The notes below the pieces were generated by a model, which saw only the letters and a program-made list of their open reading frames with translations, ran no database searches and was not told where the DNA came from. Shown in pieces: positions 14,292 through 26,902 of a stretch of DNA of 64,000 bases (the first letter of the stretch is position 1; each line of letters begins with the position of its first letter). A program made the translations under genes and the position numbers. The DNA comes from Vitrella brassicaformis CCMP3155 (taxonomy: Eukaryota > Protista > Chromerida), in contig CDMY01000770.1 of NCBI GenBank assembly GCA_001179505.1, positions 124,001 through 188,000 of the forward strand, given 5' to 3'.

Positions 14292-16472
14292 ATGACTTTC
14301 GCGTCGCTTTTGGTCTTCGCCGCTGCATTTGCTGCAGCGGATGGGATGCCGGCCTTTCTGCCGCTCCCCTCGTGTGTTGGTCGTCCTCGGGAGGGCTGTG
14401 CGGACGGGCCCGCCACTTCGCTGGAGATGCTCAAGTGGCCGACATACACTGCAGAGAAGAAGGTACGCCAACCGCAGGCAGGTCATGGGAGAGAAGGGGC
14501 GATCGATTGTCACGTTGCTGGTTGTCTGCTTGTGTGTGTTTGTGTGGTCAGTCTGGCGGCCTCATGCTTGAGGATGACAAGCTGCGTAAGGCAATCGCGT
14601 CGAATGAGCGGCTGCAGCAGCGCATAGAGGCATACGAGAGGGGCGCGTGCACCGCACAAGACCTTCTCGCCTCAATCAAGAGGTCGGCCGGCTGCATAAC
14701 TATTGGCCTGGCGGTCGTGTGGATGGATGGATGTACGTGTGTGTTTCTGTGTCAGTTACTGCGACGAGTCGGTGACCAAGAAGTTCACCAAGGTCGAGCT
14801 GGTGCAGACGGTTGCCCACGATATCAAAGACAAGGCCAAACAAAGGTGAGCGAGCAGAGAGAGCATCATGAAACGCAGCCAATGTGTTATGCGCATGTGT
14901 TCAGGCAGCTGTATGATGCTCTGGAGGGCAGAGGCAGGAACAAGGCGCAGCTGGCAGGTGACCACACACATTTCAGGGAATCTATCAGGCCACGCACACC
15001 CACCCATCCGCTCGTGTGTCCATGTGTCTGTCAATGCAGGCTTCAAGTCTTCAGATCTGATCGGTGGCAAGTATCGCGTCACCATGAGCGGTCAGTCAAA
15101 CCCTACCACATCCTCTCTGCGTCGATGCTGGCTCTGCATCGTTTTCTCTGTACCTGTGTGCGCCCCGTCCGGTCCACAGGCATCCAGGTGAGCAGCGGCC
15201 GATCGCGTGTGGTGGACGGTGAGCTTGTGCCGGAGTCGGAACGCAACGACGACCCGCCCCCCACCACCACTAACAACGGCATGGGCGACTCAAGGTGGGC
15301 CAACGGCAACCCCTCTAAGGGGCCAGGTGCCGACGCCGACACACTGTCGGCTCCCTCCTCATCCTCCTCTGGCCTCTTTGGCGGCTTCGGGTTCTTCCGG
15401 AGGCCATCCAGCTCGTCTCAGAAGGTCAAGGTGAAGCTCAGCAGGGGGCTGGTTGAGAGCTTCAAGAGACAAGTGAGCACCACAGGGAGGAATAAATTAC
15501 GCCCAATTCATTCGCTCGTCTGCCAGGTGGAGAATCACGAGAAGATCCGCCGCAGCATCGGCGAGCGCGAATATCGGGAGCTGTTCATGCCGTTGCTCGA
15601 CCACTTTGAGGATTACGACGGCAAGGGGGCGTGTGCGCTCATATTTGAGGCGGGGCAGATCGACCTGCAGCAGTACATCAACAGGTACGGCACCGACGGA
15701 CAGACAGATGCCACAAATGAGGCAATGCTCTTTCATTTGTGTGTGCCTGCATGTATGCAGGAAGGGCACTGTGCGTGGGATGGAGCTGCGTCGTATCGCC
15801 AAGACCCTCACGCGCATCTTGGCGGCCATCCACAGGTCGGGGCTCGTCTGGACCGACCTCAAGACTGCTAACCTGGTCTTCCAAGGCCTCCCACCCAACG
15901 CACCGATCAAGGTGAGGAAGAGCTGCCCCCACAGACACCAACCACTCAGGAGCCATCTTGCATCCTTCTGTCTGCCAGGCTATCGATTTTGAGGACTCTG
16001 TGGCGCCTGATTCCATCCCCACCTTCCTGGACCCGCCGGTGCAGCCGCCCGAGTTGGCCGAGACGTGGATGGGCAGCTACTGGGGTCCCGAGGCGAGGGC
16101 GTCCGAGAAGCAGGACATATGGGCGTTGGGGCTGGTGCTGTACCACCTCTACACGGGACGGCCGTACTTCGAGCGGGGACTTGACAAGAGGCAGGCCACC
16201 ATTCGGCTGGTGAGGCCATCTCGACCACACACCCACACAAACGGGGACGGGCCACTGTGTGTGATGGTGATGCGTTTCGTATTCGTTTGTCTGTTGTCCG
16301 TGTCGGTGTGTTGGTGCAGTTATCTGACCCGAATTTCGAGCCCGATTTGTCGATGATCAAGGACGGGCAGCTGAGGGGCTTCCTTAAGAGGCTGCTAAAC
16401 CGCGACCCGAGGAAGCGGCCGACGTCAGGCCAGCTACTGCGGCTCTCGTGGTTTGTCAACAAACCAATATGA
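14292..16472 (+). CDS. Atypical protein kinase with N-terminal signal peptide, multi-exon
   Basis: Starts MTFASLLVFAAAFAAADG (hydrophobic, Ala-rich cleavage site). Spliced exons give KVKVK (beta3 Lys), ENHE (alphaC), LIFEAG (hinge), LAAIHRSGLVWTDLKTANLVF, AIDFE, QPPE, QDIWALGLVLYHLYTG and LLNRDPRKRPT; stop at 16470-16472. Confidence 0.8.
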
Positions 16473-17046
16473 CGCGGCAGGCAAGACACAACAGTGTGTG
16501 TACTGGTTTGCCAATGAAGTGGGGGGGAAGCAGTCGGGCGTACTCTCGCAAGAGCGTGGGAGGGACGGAGGGAGGGAGGGAGGGAGAGGTGTACAGTAGA
16601 GAGGGCGGCGGAGAGACAGACATCTGGGCATCTGGGATTGCTTTGCAGCCTCTTGTCAATGGCATTGATGGGCATGCAGTGCACCTCGCTATCTATGTAT
16701 CGCTTCATGTGTGAGAGACTGTTAGGGCCTCTGCATCGTGTAGGTGCCTGCAGTACAGAAGTATTGCACATGGGCGGGCCAATGCGATGCATCAGGGTCG
16801 GGGGAGGGGAGGACACGCGAGCATCGTGTTGCAATCGTATTGTGTGAATGGTCTCATCACGCATTCAGCTATCATGAACGCACGATACACGCAGTCCAAT
16901 CACTGCAACATTGCCGCCACCTGCATGTATCCCTCCACCGCCACGCATCACATGCCACTCACGCCGGGCAACATGTACACACACAGCCATGAACGGCACG
17001 TCCACACCTCACACACATGAAAAGCCGTCTCATTCTCATACGCCCG

Positions 17047-19078
17047 CTACATACCTGCAGCTGAGGCCTGTGCTATCGAAGCGCCGATCGTGAGCTTACT
17101 GTCTTGCTGCGAGCACAAAATGATGGTGCCCTCCCCGCTGCCAAGTTGTGCAGGCACGGCAGACTCGAGCAGGCTGCGCGTGTGGGCGTCCATGCCCAGC
17201 AGCTGGAGGGCCACCGTCTCGCAGTTGAGCTGCAGCAGCGACCTCATACTCGAACAGGCGAACTCGACAAAGTCGGAGACGCCGGCGGGAACTGGTGAGA
17301 TTGGACACACAGACGAACAGACACAGACACACATTCACATGCAGATCTCTCTGAGGTCTCTCTCTCCGTGGGGCTGTCAACCCTCCAATCCACCCACCTG
17401 TGAGTTCGACAAGTACTTTGGTGATCTGTGGGAATCCCTCTCTATGCTCCCCTATGTCGATGCCCCCGCTGCCCACCCCCCGAATGTCACCCACAGTCAC
17501 CATGTCGAGCTCCCGCTCACACCCGATCGCCTTGATGGCCTGCAGCGCCTGATCCATCGGCACAGCGTCCTGGACAGATAGCACCCGCAAGTTGGGCATC
17601 TTGCTGGCCGGCTGGGTGCCGGCCGCCAATGCCGTGTGCTTGCCGAGAACCAGGGTCGACGCCTGGGGCATCGGCTGCATCTGGTGGATGATGGCAAGGG
17701 CAGGGTGGGAGGGGGCGGGGGCGGCCTGTGCAGGCTGGTCGACACCGAACACATGCACACGCGTGGCCTTGTTGAATGCGAGGCGTCTGGCCATGTCGAG
17801 CACCGCAGGCGTGGGAGGGGTGGCGAGGTCGGACATGAGGTCCACTCCCACCACAGTCGCCTGGTCTGCCAGCTGGCGCATGAGTGTCTTGAGGACGGGG
17901 GAGGGGGCAGCGGGGAAGAGGGAGCTGTGCAGAGTCATCAGGCTGAAGAATCCTTCAGCACTGGTGAAGCTGATGGGGACGTCCCCGACGCACACCGCAC
18001 TGGCGAATGTCTGCAGGGCCTCGGCGAACTCGAAGACCTCGTGGTCCACATCCGCCTCGTCGACGAACTTGACCTTCAGCGACTTGAGGGACCGACGACA
18101 GCCTCGTGCCTGGAGAACCAACCCCAGCTCCTAAGAAAGGAAATGACATGGGTCAGTATCATTCAAGCATCTGTTGTCCATTCCGTGTTAGCAGCCTGCT
18201 GACCTGCAACTGAGTGCAGCATAACACCAACGCCTGCTGATTCGTCATCAGGTCGCCGGGGACCTCAATCGGCCCGATATCCTCCAAATTCGCCAGTGGC
18301 CCCGGCTGTCCCTCCTCTGCAGCAACAGGCACCTCCTGCAGCACCTCGGCCTTCTGGTCAACCGTCGAGGGCACGTCGAACACCCTCAGGCACCGCGACG
18401 ATCCGACGAGGAGACGCAGAGTATCGACGTGCTCGTGCGCCTGCACCCGCTCCAGCGACGGGACGCGCCAGCCGCGGCTGCCGATGCCATGATGGTGGGC
18501 AGTGAGGCCGCTGATGGATGTGAGGGCGGGGAGGGAGGGGGGCGGGGCGCAAAGAGGGGGGAGGGTGGGGTTGGTGCGCCTGACGGACGGCATGTCCTCG
18601 TCGTTCAGCTCAACCGCCTCGAAGGCGATCGTCGTGAGTGAGCCGTCGGGGATGTCGGCCGACTCTCCCCTCCTCTCTGCCTCTGCCCTCTTCTCCGCGA
18701 CCATCGCTGTGCGGCCCTCTGTGTGGCCTTCGATGAGTGCCGAGATGACGTCCAGACACCAGGCCCCCTCGCCAGCCGGGTGACAGCTCAAGATGCGGGC
18801 GATCTTCGGCATGCGGCCGCCCCACCTCTTGGCCACATTGACGGGCATCGTCTGCCAGAAGGCCCTGTCGGCGGCCCTGGAGCAGTCGATGTCCACTTGG
18901 TGGCACTGACCCCCGGCCTCCGCGGCGATGCTGTTGTTGAAGAGCGGCCACACGCCATAGCCCGAGATGAGAATGAGGTCCTCACGCGACAAACGCCTCC
19001 CAGCCTGCGATGGGAAAAGATCCGCCATCGTCGAATGCATCGAATTTGGCTTCCTGGTGGTGTTACCGGTCCTTCATT
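17047..19078 (-). CDS. Lineage-specific (Vitrella-type) family protein, copy A; its 5' exon lies at 22838-22897 across the gaps
   Basis: Exons AGRRLSREDLILISGY...WCLDVISALIEGH...PPLCAPPPSLPAL..., ELGLVLQARGCRRSLKSL...AFNKATRV..., VPAGVSDFVEFACSS...* join in frame through GT-AG introns. Clearly paralogous to 41583-43702. Confidence 0.75.
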
Positions 19079-19378
19079 NNNNNNNNNNNNNNNNNNNNNN
19101 NNNNNNNNNNNNNNNNNNNNNNNNNNNNNNNNNNNNNNNNNNNNNNNNNNNNNNNNNNNNNNNNNNNNNNNNNNNNNNNNNNNNNNNNNNNNNNNNNNNN
19201 NNNNNNNNNNNNNNNNNNNNNNNNNNNNNNNNNNNNNNNNNNNNNNNNNNNNNNNNNNNNNNNNNNNNNNNNNNNNNNNNNNNNNNNNNNNNNNNNNNNN
19301 NNNNNNNNNNNNNNNNNNNNNNNNNNNNNNNNNNNNNNNNNNNNNNNNNNNNNNNNNNNNNNNNNNNNNNNNNNNNNN
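19079..19378. other. Assembly gap (300 N)
   Basis: Run of N. Confidence 0.99.
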
Positions 19379-21111
19379 GAGCCGACGAGCGGCCCCAGTG
19401 TGTCGACGTGCTCGTGCGCCTGCACCCGCTCCAGCGACGGGGCGCGCCAGCCGCGGTTGCCGATGCCACGGTGGCGGCGGGTGAGGCCGCTGATGGATGT
19501 GAGGGCGGGGAGGGAGGGGGGCGGGTCAGACACAGAGGGGAGGGCGGGGTTGATGCGCCCGACGGACGGCATGTCCCCATCGCTGAGCTCAGCCGCCTCG
19601 AAGGCGATTGTCGTGAGTGAGCCGTCGGGGATGTCGGCCGCCTCTCCCCGCCTCTCCGCCTCTGCCCTCTTCTCCGCCACCATGGCTGCGCGGCCCTCTG
19701 TGTGGCCTTCGATGAGTGCCGAGATGACGTCCAGACACCAGGCGCCCTCGCCAGCCGGGTGACAGCTCAAGATGCGGGTGAGTTTGGGCATGCGGCCGCC
19801 CCACCTCATGGCCACATTGACGGGCATCGCCTGCCAGAAGGCCCTGTCGGCGGCCCGGGAGCAGTCGATGTCCACCTGGCGGCACTGAGCCCCGGCCTCC
19901 TTGGCGATGCTGTTGTTGAAGAGCGGCCAGACGCCATAGCCGGAGATAAGAATGAGGTCCTCACGCGACAAACGCCTCCCAGCACCAGCAGACACCACCT
20001 GGATGGATGGAGACAACTCGAACAGCAAAAATGCCATCACCATGAGCTGCATGTTTGTCTGTGCGTACCGGTGTGGATTGCTGTGCTTTGGTGGTGGTCC
20101 CAACCGAGCTCACAGCACCGCCCTGCTGGCCATCCCTCTTGCCCTTCCACGAAAACGTCTTGCCGCCCATTCGCTGACATGGACACACACACGCAGAGAG
20201 AGAGAGTCAGGGATCCGCACTGGAGGTCCAACGCACGTGTGACTGTCGTGTAGAGTAGGTGCCTACCAGGTCTTGGTTGTGTTGGGGTGGTGGCTTGGTC
20301 CGATCCGGTACGGTGACCGGCTTGAGGTTCTCCTCCCTGCCCTCCACCTCCCGCATGAACACCACAGTGCCGCCATTGGTCTCCTTGGTGTCGTACACAG
20401 CGGCCGTCACCCACACAGAGTCGCCCCTTCTTTCCTCGGCCGCCACCGACACACGACTGCCGACCTTGTAACGAGGCGCACGCAATGTCTGACCTCACAC
20501 ACACACACACACGGCGACAGAGAGACGGATGGACTCATCGCTTTTGAGAGCCATTGTGGCGTCTATGCCGGCCTTACGAGTCTCTCGGCGAGGATGTGCG
20601 TCAGCTCGTTGCGAAGCGTGGAGTGGGCGTCGCTGAAGGTCTTGAGCGCATCCGCCAGCCGACCACGGTCCTGCAGACAGAGAAACACAGCCAATGTGCT
20701 GATGCGCGGTTCAATGAATTTCTCTGTTCTCTTTCCGTGGTGACCTCTGTATTGTCATCGAGCTGCGAGGTGCTGAGCTTCGCCGCCTCTGTGCACGCGG
20801 CCATCTGAGATGTCATCTGCAGAGCAGAGCAGAACGGAGCAATGCACCGTGTGTGGCGAAACGTCCTTTCTCACCGAGTCGAGCTGATCTATGACGTCAC
20901 GCAATCTAACACTGCCATCCGCCGCGCCGCCCTGCACACCTGCACAACATGCACCAGCAACACCACACCACACACCCACATCTCCCCCGGTGTGAGCAAT
21001 GCAACCGTGGCGGGCGTGACCTGCAGCTGCAGCGGCGGCCGGGCCGTCAGCCTTATCCATGCACTTGACGTTGGCTGGTCGGCAAAAGGATGTGCCGGTC
21101 GTGTCAGCCTC
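19379..21111 (-). CDS. Same family, diverged copy B, with extra N-terminal exons; 3' part lost in the gap
   Basis: VVSAGAGRRLSREDLILISGY...HEHVDTLGPLVG is a diverged paralog of copy A. Upstream exons EADTTGTSF, GSVRLRDVIDQL, MTSQMAACTEAAK, DRGRLADALKTF and TLRAPRYKVGSRVSV...QDL have GT-AG borders. Confidence 0.65.
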
Positions 21112-21230
21112 CTGCACACACCACACATCCACAGCAGATGAATGAATCATAGGCGCTGAGCTGGCGGGTGAGTGCTGGTCTCACCTGAATACGTTCGTTC
21201 TCAACGGTGCGATGAAGCTATTTCTCGAGA
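21089..21230. repeat. Block paralogous to 22875-23010 (first exon and upstream region of the family gene)
   Basis: Shared GATGTGCCGGTCGTGTCAGCC...CACAGCAGATGAATGAA...GGCGCT.AGCTGGCGGGTGAGT...TGCGATGAAGCTATTTCTCGAGA. Confidence 0.9.
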
Positions 21231-21401
21231 GAGACAAACATCAGCGGCCCTCTCCAGAACACCGGCGAGAAGGAAAGGATCTGATGCATGCTTCAGCATC
21301 CCCAATGCATGAAACGGATCTCGGCGGCGGGCTCGCACATCGCTCTACTGCACGTTTCTGCCTCTCTCCCCCCAGATCTGGGTGATGTGTGAGTAGATGC
21401 G

Positions 21402-21997
21402 ATGGAAAACAAAGCGGGAGACTTCAATGTGTCCACGGTAATGACGCCTCGCACACCACACCAAAGCCAGCCAGCCTCTCCGCTCTCACCGTCTGTTCTG
21501 TCGATACATCGCATGGCTGTGTGGTGTGTGATGATGTGTGCAGGCCCTGCACGGCCTGCTGTCGTCGGACAGTGCCGTTGCCGCGGCGGCCCGGCAGTGG
21601 TGTGAGGAGCGGCGGGCTGACCCCCTCGAGTGGCTGAAGGAGCTGCTCACGTACCTCTCCATAAACAGAGACCTCAAGAGCAAAGTGTGTGTCGATGGAT
21701 GGATGGATGGATGGATGGATGGATGTGCACGGCCGTCGCATCGCATTCTGTACAATCGTGTTGTGTATCTTGTGTGTGTTGTGTGTTGTGTGCAGATCCA
21801 GCGCGTTGCGGCTGAGGAGATCACGTCTACAGTGCAGTTGGGCGAACTCTTAGGTAGGCATGGCAGAGGATGTGCAGGCAGGCAGCTAGGCATGCACCAA
21901 CCATGAGTATCGTTTTCCATGTGTTGCTTGCTTCCTCCCTTCCTTCAGCCGAGGAGGCGCCGGAGGTCTACCAGCAGGCGTTGGGTGTGCTCAAGGG
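21402..21997 (+). CDS. 5' fragment of an alpha-helical (possibly HEAT/ARM-like) protein, truncated by the gap
   Basis: Exons MENKAGDFNVST / ALHGLLSSDSAVAAAARQWCEERRADPLEWLKELLTYLSINRDLKSK / IQRVAAEEITSTVQLGELL / ...EEAPEVYQQALGVLK, with typical introns. Confidence 0.55.
21694..21724. repeat. (GGAT)n microsatellite in an intron
   Basis: Direct reading; similar intronic GGAT, CTGT and GCCT tracts occur throughout the window. Confidence 0.9.
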
Positions 21998-22297
21998 NNN
22001 NNNNNNNNNNNNNNNNNNNNNNNNNNNNNNNNNNNNNNNNNNNNNNNNNNNNNNNNNNNNNNNNNNNNNNNNNNNNNNNNNNNNNNNNNNNNNNNNNNNN
22101 NNNNNNNNNNNNNNNNNNNNNNNNNNNNNNNNNNNNNNNNNNNNNNNNNNNNNNNNNNNNNNNNNNNNNNNNNNNNNNNNNNNNNNNNNNNNNNNNNNNN
22201 NNNNNNNNNNNNNNNNNNNNNNNNNNNNNNNNNNNNNNNNNNNNNNNNNNNNNNNNNNNNNNNNNNNNNNNNNNNNNNNNNNNNNNNNNNNNNNNNN
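21998..22297. other. Assembly gap (300 N)
   Basis: Run of N. Confidence 0.99.
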
Positions 22298-22837
22298 GGG
22301 GCGGGGCGCAAAGAGGGGGGAGGGTGGGGTTGGTGCGCCTGACGGACGGCATGTCCTCGTCGTTCAGCTCAACCGCCTCGAAGGCGATCGTCGTGAGTGA
22401 GCCGTCGGGGATGTCGGCCGACTCTCCCCTCCTCTCTGCCTCTGCCCTCTTCTCCGCGACCATCGCTGTGCGGCCCTCTGTGTGGCCTTCGATGAGTGCC
22501 GAGATGACGTCCAGACACCAGGCCCCCTCGCCAGCCGGGTGACAGCTCAAGATGCGGGCGATCTTCGGCATGCGGCCGCCCCACCTCTTGGCCACATTGA
22601 CGGGCATCGTCTGCCAGAAGGCCCTGTCGGCGGCCCTGGAGCAGTCGATGTCCACTTGGTGGCACTGACCCCCGGCCTCCGCGGCGATGCTGTTGTTGAA
22701 GAGCGGCCACACGCCATAGCCCGAGATGAGAATGAGGTCCTCACGCGACAAACGCCTCCCAGCCTGCGATGGGAAAAGATCCGCCATCGTCGAATGCATC
22801 GAATTTGGCTTCCTGGTGGTGTTACCGGTCCTTCATT
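22298..22837. repeat. 540-bp apparently identical copy of 18539-19078 (contig-end overlap)
   Basis: Constant offset of 3759 bp. ORFs 18159..19040 and 21945..22799 have identical translations over the overlap, and both copies abut N gaps. Confidence 0.95.
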
Positions 22838-23134
22838 GGTGGGGAGTCGTCCCGACAGATGGATCAAACGAAACGATGTGCCGGTCGTGTCAGCCATCTG
22901 CACACACCACACGTCCACAGCAGATGAATGAACGCAGGCGCTCAGCTGGCGGGTGAGTTCTCGTATCACCTGAACACGCTCGTCCTGTGCGATGAAGCTA
23001 TTTCTCGAGACGTACGGCTCTGCAGTGGTTTGTTTTCACGTCTTATATGGTTGCCCTCCCCCCGGCATTCGTGCTGCATTCGAAAGCTCGCATGTGACGA
23101 AAGATTCGTGAAACTGCTCTCTCACACGGAAAAA

Positions 23135-25927
23135 ATGGCAGCGGTGGTATTGCAGGCGGCGCCAGCGTACCGGCGGCACATTGTTACGTATGCTCTCGAG
23201 GCCAACCACCCATGGCGCCCCGAGCATATGGACAGAGTCCTCCCCCACGAGGTCTCCACAGCTTACGGCACAAGACTCTTCACCAGACTCATAGAGCGCC
23301 TACAGGACCCACAGTTCCCCACGGACAGATGCGTTGAGGCGCTCCAGACCATCGCATGCCGACTCGCAAACCAGGCAACTACGAAGAGCAACAGACATGC
23401 AATTGCACAATCACATAGATTGCCGTCCTTCTCCTTCACTGCAGGAGGCCAAGTGTCAGGCCATCAATGACGGCTTGGTGCCTGTGGTAATCGCCCTGCT
23501 GGCCCACGAGTCGTCTGAGTGGAAGCACCCGCCATCGGTGCACGAGGAGGCGGCGGTCGTGCTGGGGAAGCTATGTCTGCTGAGGGATGGGCGACAGCAG
23601 GTGGCAGAGGGTGGGGGCATACACCTGCTGACCGACCTGCTGCTGGGGAGCCCCAAGGCATCTGTCCGGTAAGGACAGAAAAGACGGCTGCATTTTGCAT
23701 GACATCTATTTGTGTGTGGTCGTTTGCAGTGAGTGTGTTGGTGTTGCTTTCTTCAACCTTGCTTCGGGGCGAGACGGGTGTCAGTACCTCATACAAGACA
23801 GTAAGCTTAACAGCCAGGGAGGCATGGATGTCAGTCAATCTTGTCATGTCTCGATGGTGCTATATATCTTCAGCCGATTCCTTTTCCCTTGCTGCCTTTC
23901 TGACGTCTGCTCTGCCCTTTGCCAATCCCGCAAACCCGCCACAGACAAAGGAGGAACTGGTGAGCTGCACACTCACACACACGTATGACTTCCATGCACA
24001 TGCACAGGCTCACACAAGCACGCACGCATTGTGTCTGCCGCATTCTATTCCATGCAGTGTCAATGGCGATGCATTCATGCCACCGTGCAAGCCCTGGAGA
24101 AAGTCACCAACTGGTCGCCTTTCATCCCACAGCGGAACACGCCAAAGAACGGCATTTTTCTGTTTTCCGTGTTGTGTGCAAGCAGGTATTGCGATGGTGT
24201 GCGGTGTGGCGAGGGCACCGGGCTCATCCCAGCCATGTGCGGCTTCCTCGAACGGTCTTACAAACACGTGCAGAAGCTCACCCCGGAAGAGCGGACAGCT
24301 CAGCTGGCTGACTCCCCCCATCCATTTCTCGCGCTGTGCGAAAACCTGCTGGCTGCGTAAGCATGCACACACACACAAGTGAGAAGAGAGACACGCGTGC
24401 ACACGTGTCTGTGTCAGAATTCTGGTTGTATTGAGTCACCTGGCGCTGCAGCCGGATGGGCGTAAGGAGCTGATTGAGCTCAAGGCGGTGAAAAGCATAT
24501 CCACCTTCCTCACTCACCCAAACCCCTCAATCAGACTGTAGACACATGAGTCCATCCATCCATCCGTCGGTGAATGTCCGTCTGTCTGTCTGTACCCCGG
24601 TAGAGCGTGTCTCGACGCGTTGAGTTCGATATCGCTCGACGTCCAGGGCAAGCACCTTGTCCTCGAAGACCCGCGTGTGCAGCAGGTGGGTACGAAGAAG
24701 ATCGGATCATTTCTCCATCAGTCGCCATATGTGAATGTCTCGCATCATCAGTGCGGTGTGCCGCTGCTGCTCGACGAGGATGAGAGGATCAAACAAAAGG
24801 CGGACCAGGTATGCTGGGGCTTCTTTCTTTAAGAGATCCGCCGGGTTGAGTGTTGTTGTCCGTCCGTCTGTCAGGTGGTGCAATCGTCGTCCGAGTTGCC
24901 CGCCAACAGGCGCCAGTATGTTGCCAGGCTCCTTTACGACTTCACCGGCATGCAGAAGGTGCGTCCATATGCGCCTGTCTCCATGTCTTATGCACACACT
25001 CGTGTCTGTTTGTGTATGTGTCAGCTCTACGGCACCTCAGTGATCGTCACACTGGTCGAGTACCTCCGCGAGACAGTCGGCCTGGCGACCAACGCCATCC
25101 CGTCCGAGACGTCACACGCCACACAGAGGTCCGAAGAAGCCTTGCAGCTCATGGGCGGCGAGGCGCACGAGAGACAGCTGCAAATCCTCAAGGCACTGCT
25201 GCACTTCCTCAGCCAGGACACCATCACACACGATGGCATCACCCTGGTCGGCCACAAGACAGATACACAAGAAAAGAAGGCGTGAAACGTGTCTTCTGTC
25301 TGTGTGTGCGTCTGTGTGCAGGCATTGGAGAAGACTCCGGCGGCGTGGTCGGTGAAGCACGCGATGGGGATTGGCGAGGCGCTGTTTTGGCTGCTTCGCG
25401 ACGATGTGGCCGAGGACGTGAGGCGATACGCCGTCGAATGCCTGGGGGTCCTCGCCAAAGACAAACAGGTGACACACACAGGGAAAGGGGTGACCATGCT
25501 CATCGGTCTGTGTTGTCTCTCTGTATTGTCTAGGCTCGTGAGTCGCTGATAGCGACTCACCACACGCTGAAGTCGCCCGAGCTGACGGCCGCCCTACTCG
25601 CCGCGGCACTGCCCAGTGAGCTGCACCAGGCCCTCGTGGAAGACAAAACACAGACGACACAAGACACCGACCAGCCGGCAGCAAAGCGCAGAGAAACAGG
25701 TGGGGGAAGGGGGAAAGGACAAATAAGTGATCGATCATCGATATGTCTCTCCCCTCTCCCTTCGTCTGTCCCGTCTGTCAGCGCCGGCGCCCGTTTCCCT
25801 CGCTGCCCCGCTGGCCAAGGGCGTAAGGGACGAGGGGGGTCGGCAGCAGCTGCCTCGGAAGACGCTGGAAGTGAGCGGCTTCCTCAGTGAGAGCAATTAC
25901 TGGAAGACAGTGGTGCTCAAATCGTGA
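23135..25927 (+). CDS. Armadillo-repeat protein, radial spoke head 14 (RSPH14/RTDR1)-like
   Basis: N-terminal HEVSTAYGTRLFTRLIERLQ resembles the RSPH14 ITTAYG..LPKL..EL motif. ARM-like repeats follow (GLVPVVIALL..EEAAVVLGKLCLLRDGRQQVAEGGGIHLLTDLL; VRRYAVECLGVLAK). Multi-exon; stop at 25925-25927. Confidence 0.65.
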
Positions 25928-26377
25928 TTATGACCGGGTGCGTTCGTACGTCCGTTCATTCGTTTGTTGATTCATTCATGTCTTAATGCAGTCAACGTGT
26001 CCCCGTACTCGCGTCATGACGTCAGTCAGATCCACAGTATACATGGATGGCATTCACAGAACAACTCTTTCGGTGGGCACACGATGCATGCTACGCCCAC
26101 ATCACATGTGCGGCAACAGGAAAGCCAAAACGCCGGCCGCACCGTCCCATATATCATCATCGTGTCTACACGTACGTACGAGTGTTTCCCGTACTGTGCG
26201 TCAGATGGACGGACGGATGCGATGCACTCATTCACTCACAAAATTGCAGGGAGCCGGCCGCTGAGCCACACGTCTGTCTGATTATCTCACATCGATCGGT
26301 GCACATACAACACACAACGTCTGTGCGCTCAACTCGACAAAAGGCCCCACACCACAATCACCGGTTCAGTGGGTAGG

Positions 26378-26902
26378 TCACACCATGGCGAATGTCTTAG
26401 CATTCATGTCCTTGATCAGGTCGGTGAGCTTGTCCAGCTCCGACTGCGGTCCGTGGAGCTGGGCAGACACGATCTCAGCGATCTCCAGCGCCTTCTTGAC
26501 CTCCGCATCGACGTTGACCAGATGAGCCTTGAGGGCCTCGGCACTAACGGACACACAACGGCTCGCGTGGGCGCAGGAGTGTTGCCGCGTAGCTGTGTGT
26601 GTTCAGCCCACCTGTCGTATGCCTCTTGACAGATGAACGTGTTTCCACTGCAAGTGAAATGGTAGTGCACGCAGCCCTTCTCAGCCTTGTTCGCAATGCC
26701 CTCCTTGACCTGCATCAAACGAACACCCGCACAGACAAGCGCCACATCTGCATTTTTCCCCGTTTGTGTATCCTGCCTCCGAACGCACCTTGGCGATGAA
26801 TCCCTCGACGCAGATCTTCTTGAACGCCTCGACCTGGCCCTCCTTGACCTTGAAAGTCGGCACGAAGATCACCATCGTCTCGCATCCAGCTGCAACCACC
26901 AT
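26378..26902 (-). CDS. ABM-like (antibiotic biosynthesis/quinol monooxygenase) dimeric alpha-beta barrel protein, ~125 aa, 3 exons
   Basis: Spliced product VIFVPTFKVKEGQVEAFKKICVEGFIAK-VKEGIANKAEKGCVHYHFTCSGNTFICQEAYD-SAEALKAHLVNVDAEVKKALEIAEIVSAQLHGPQSELDKL; both introns are GT-AG and in phase. Confidence 0.8.
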
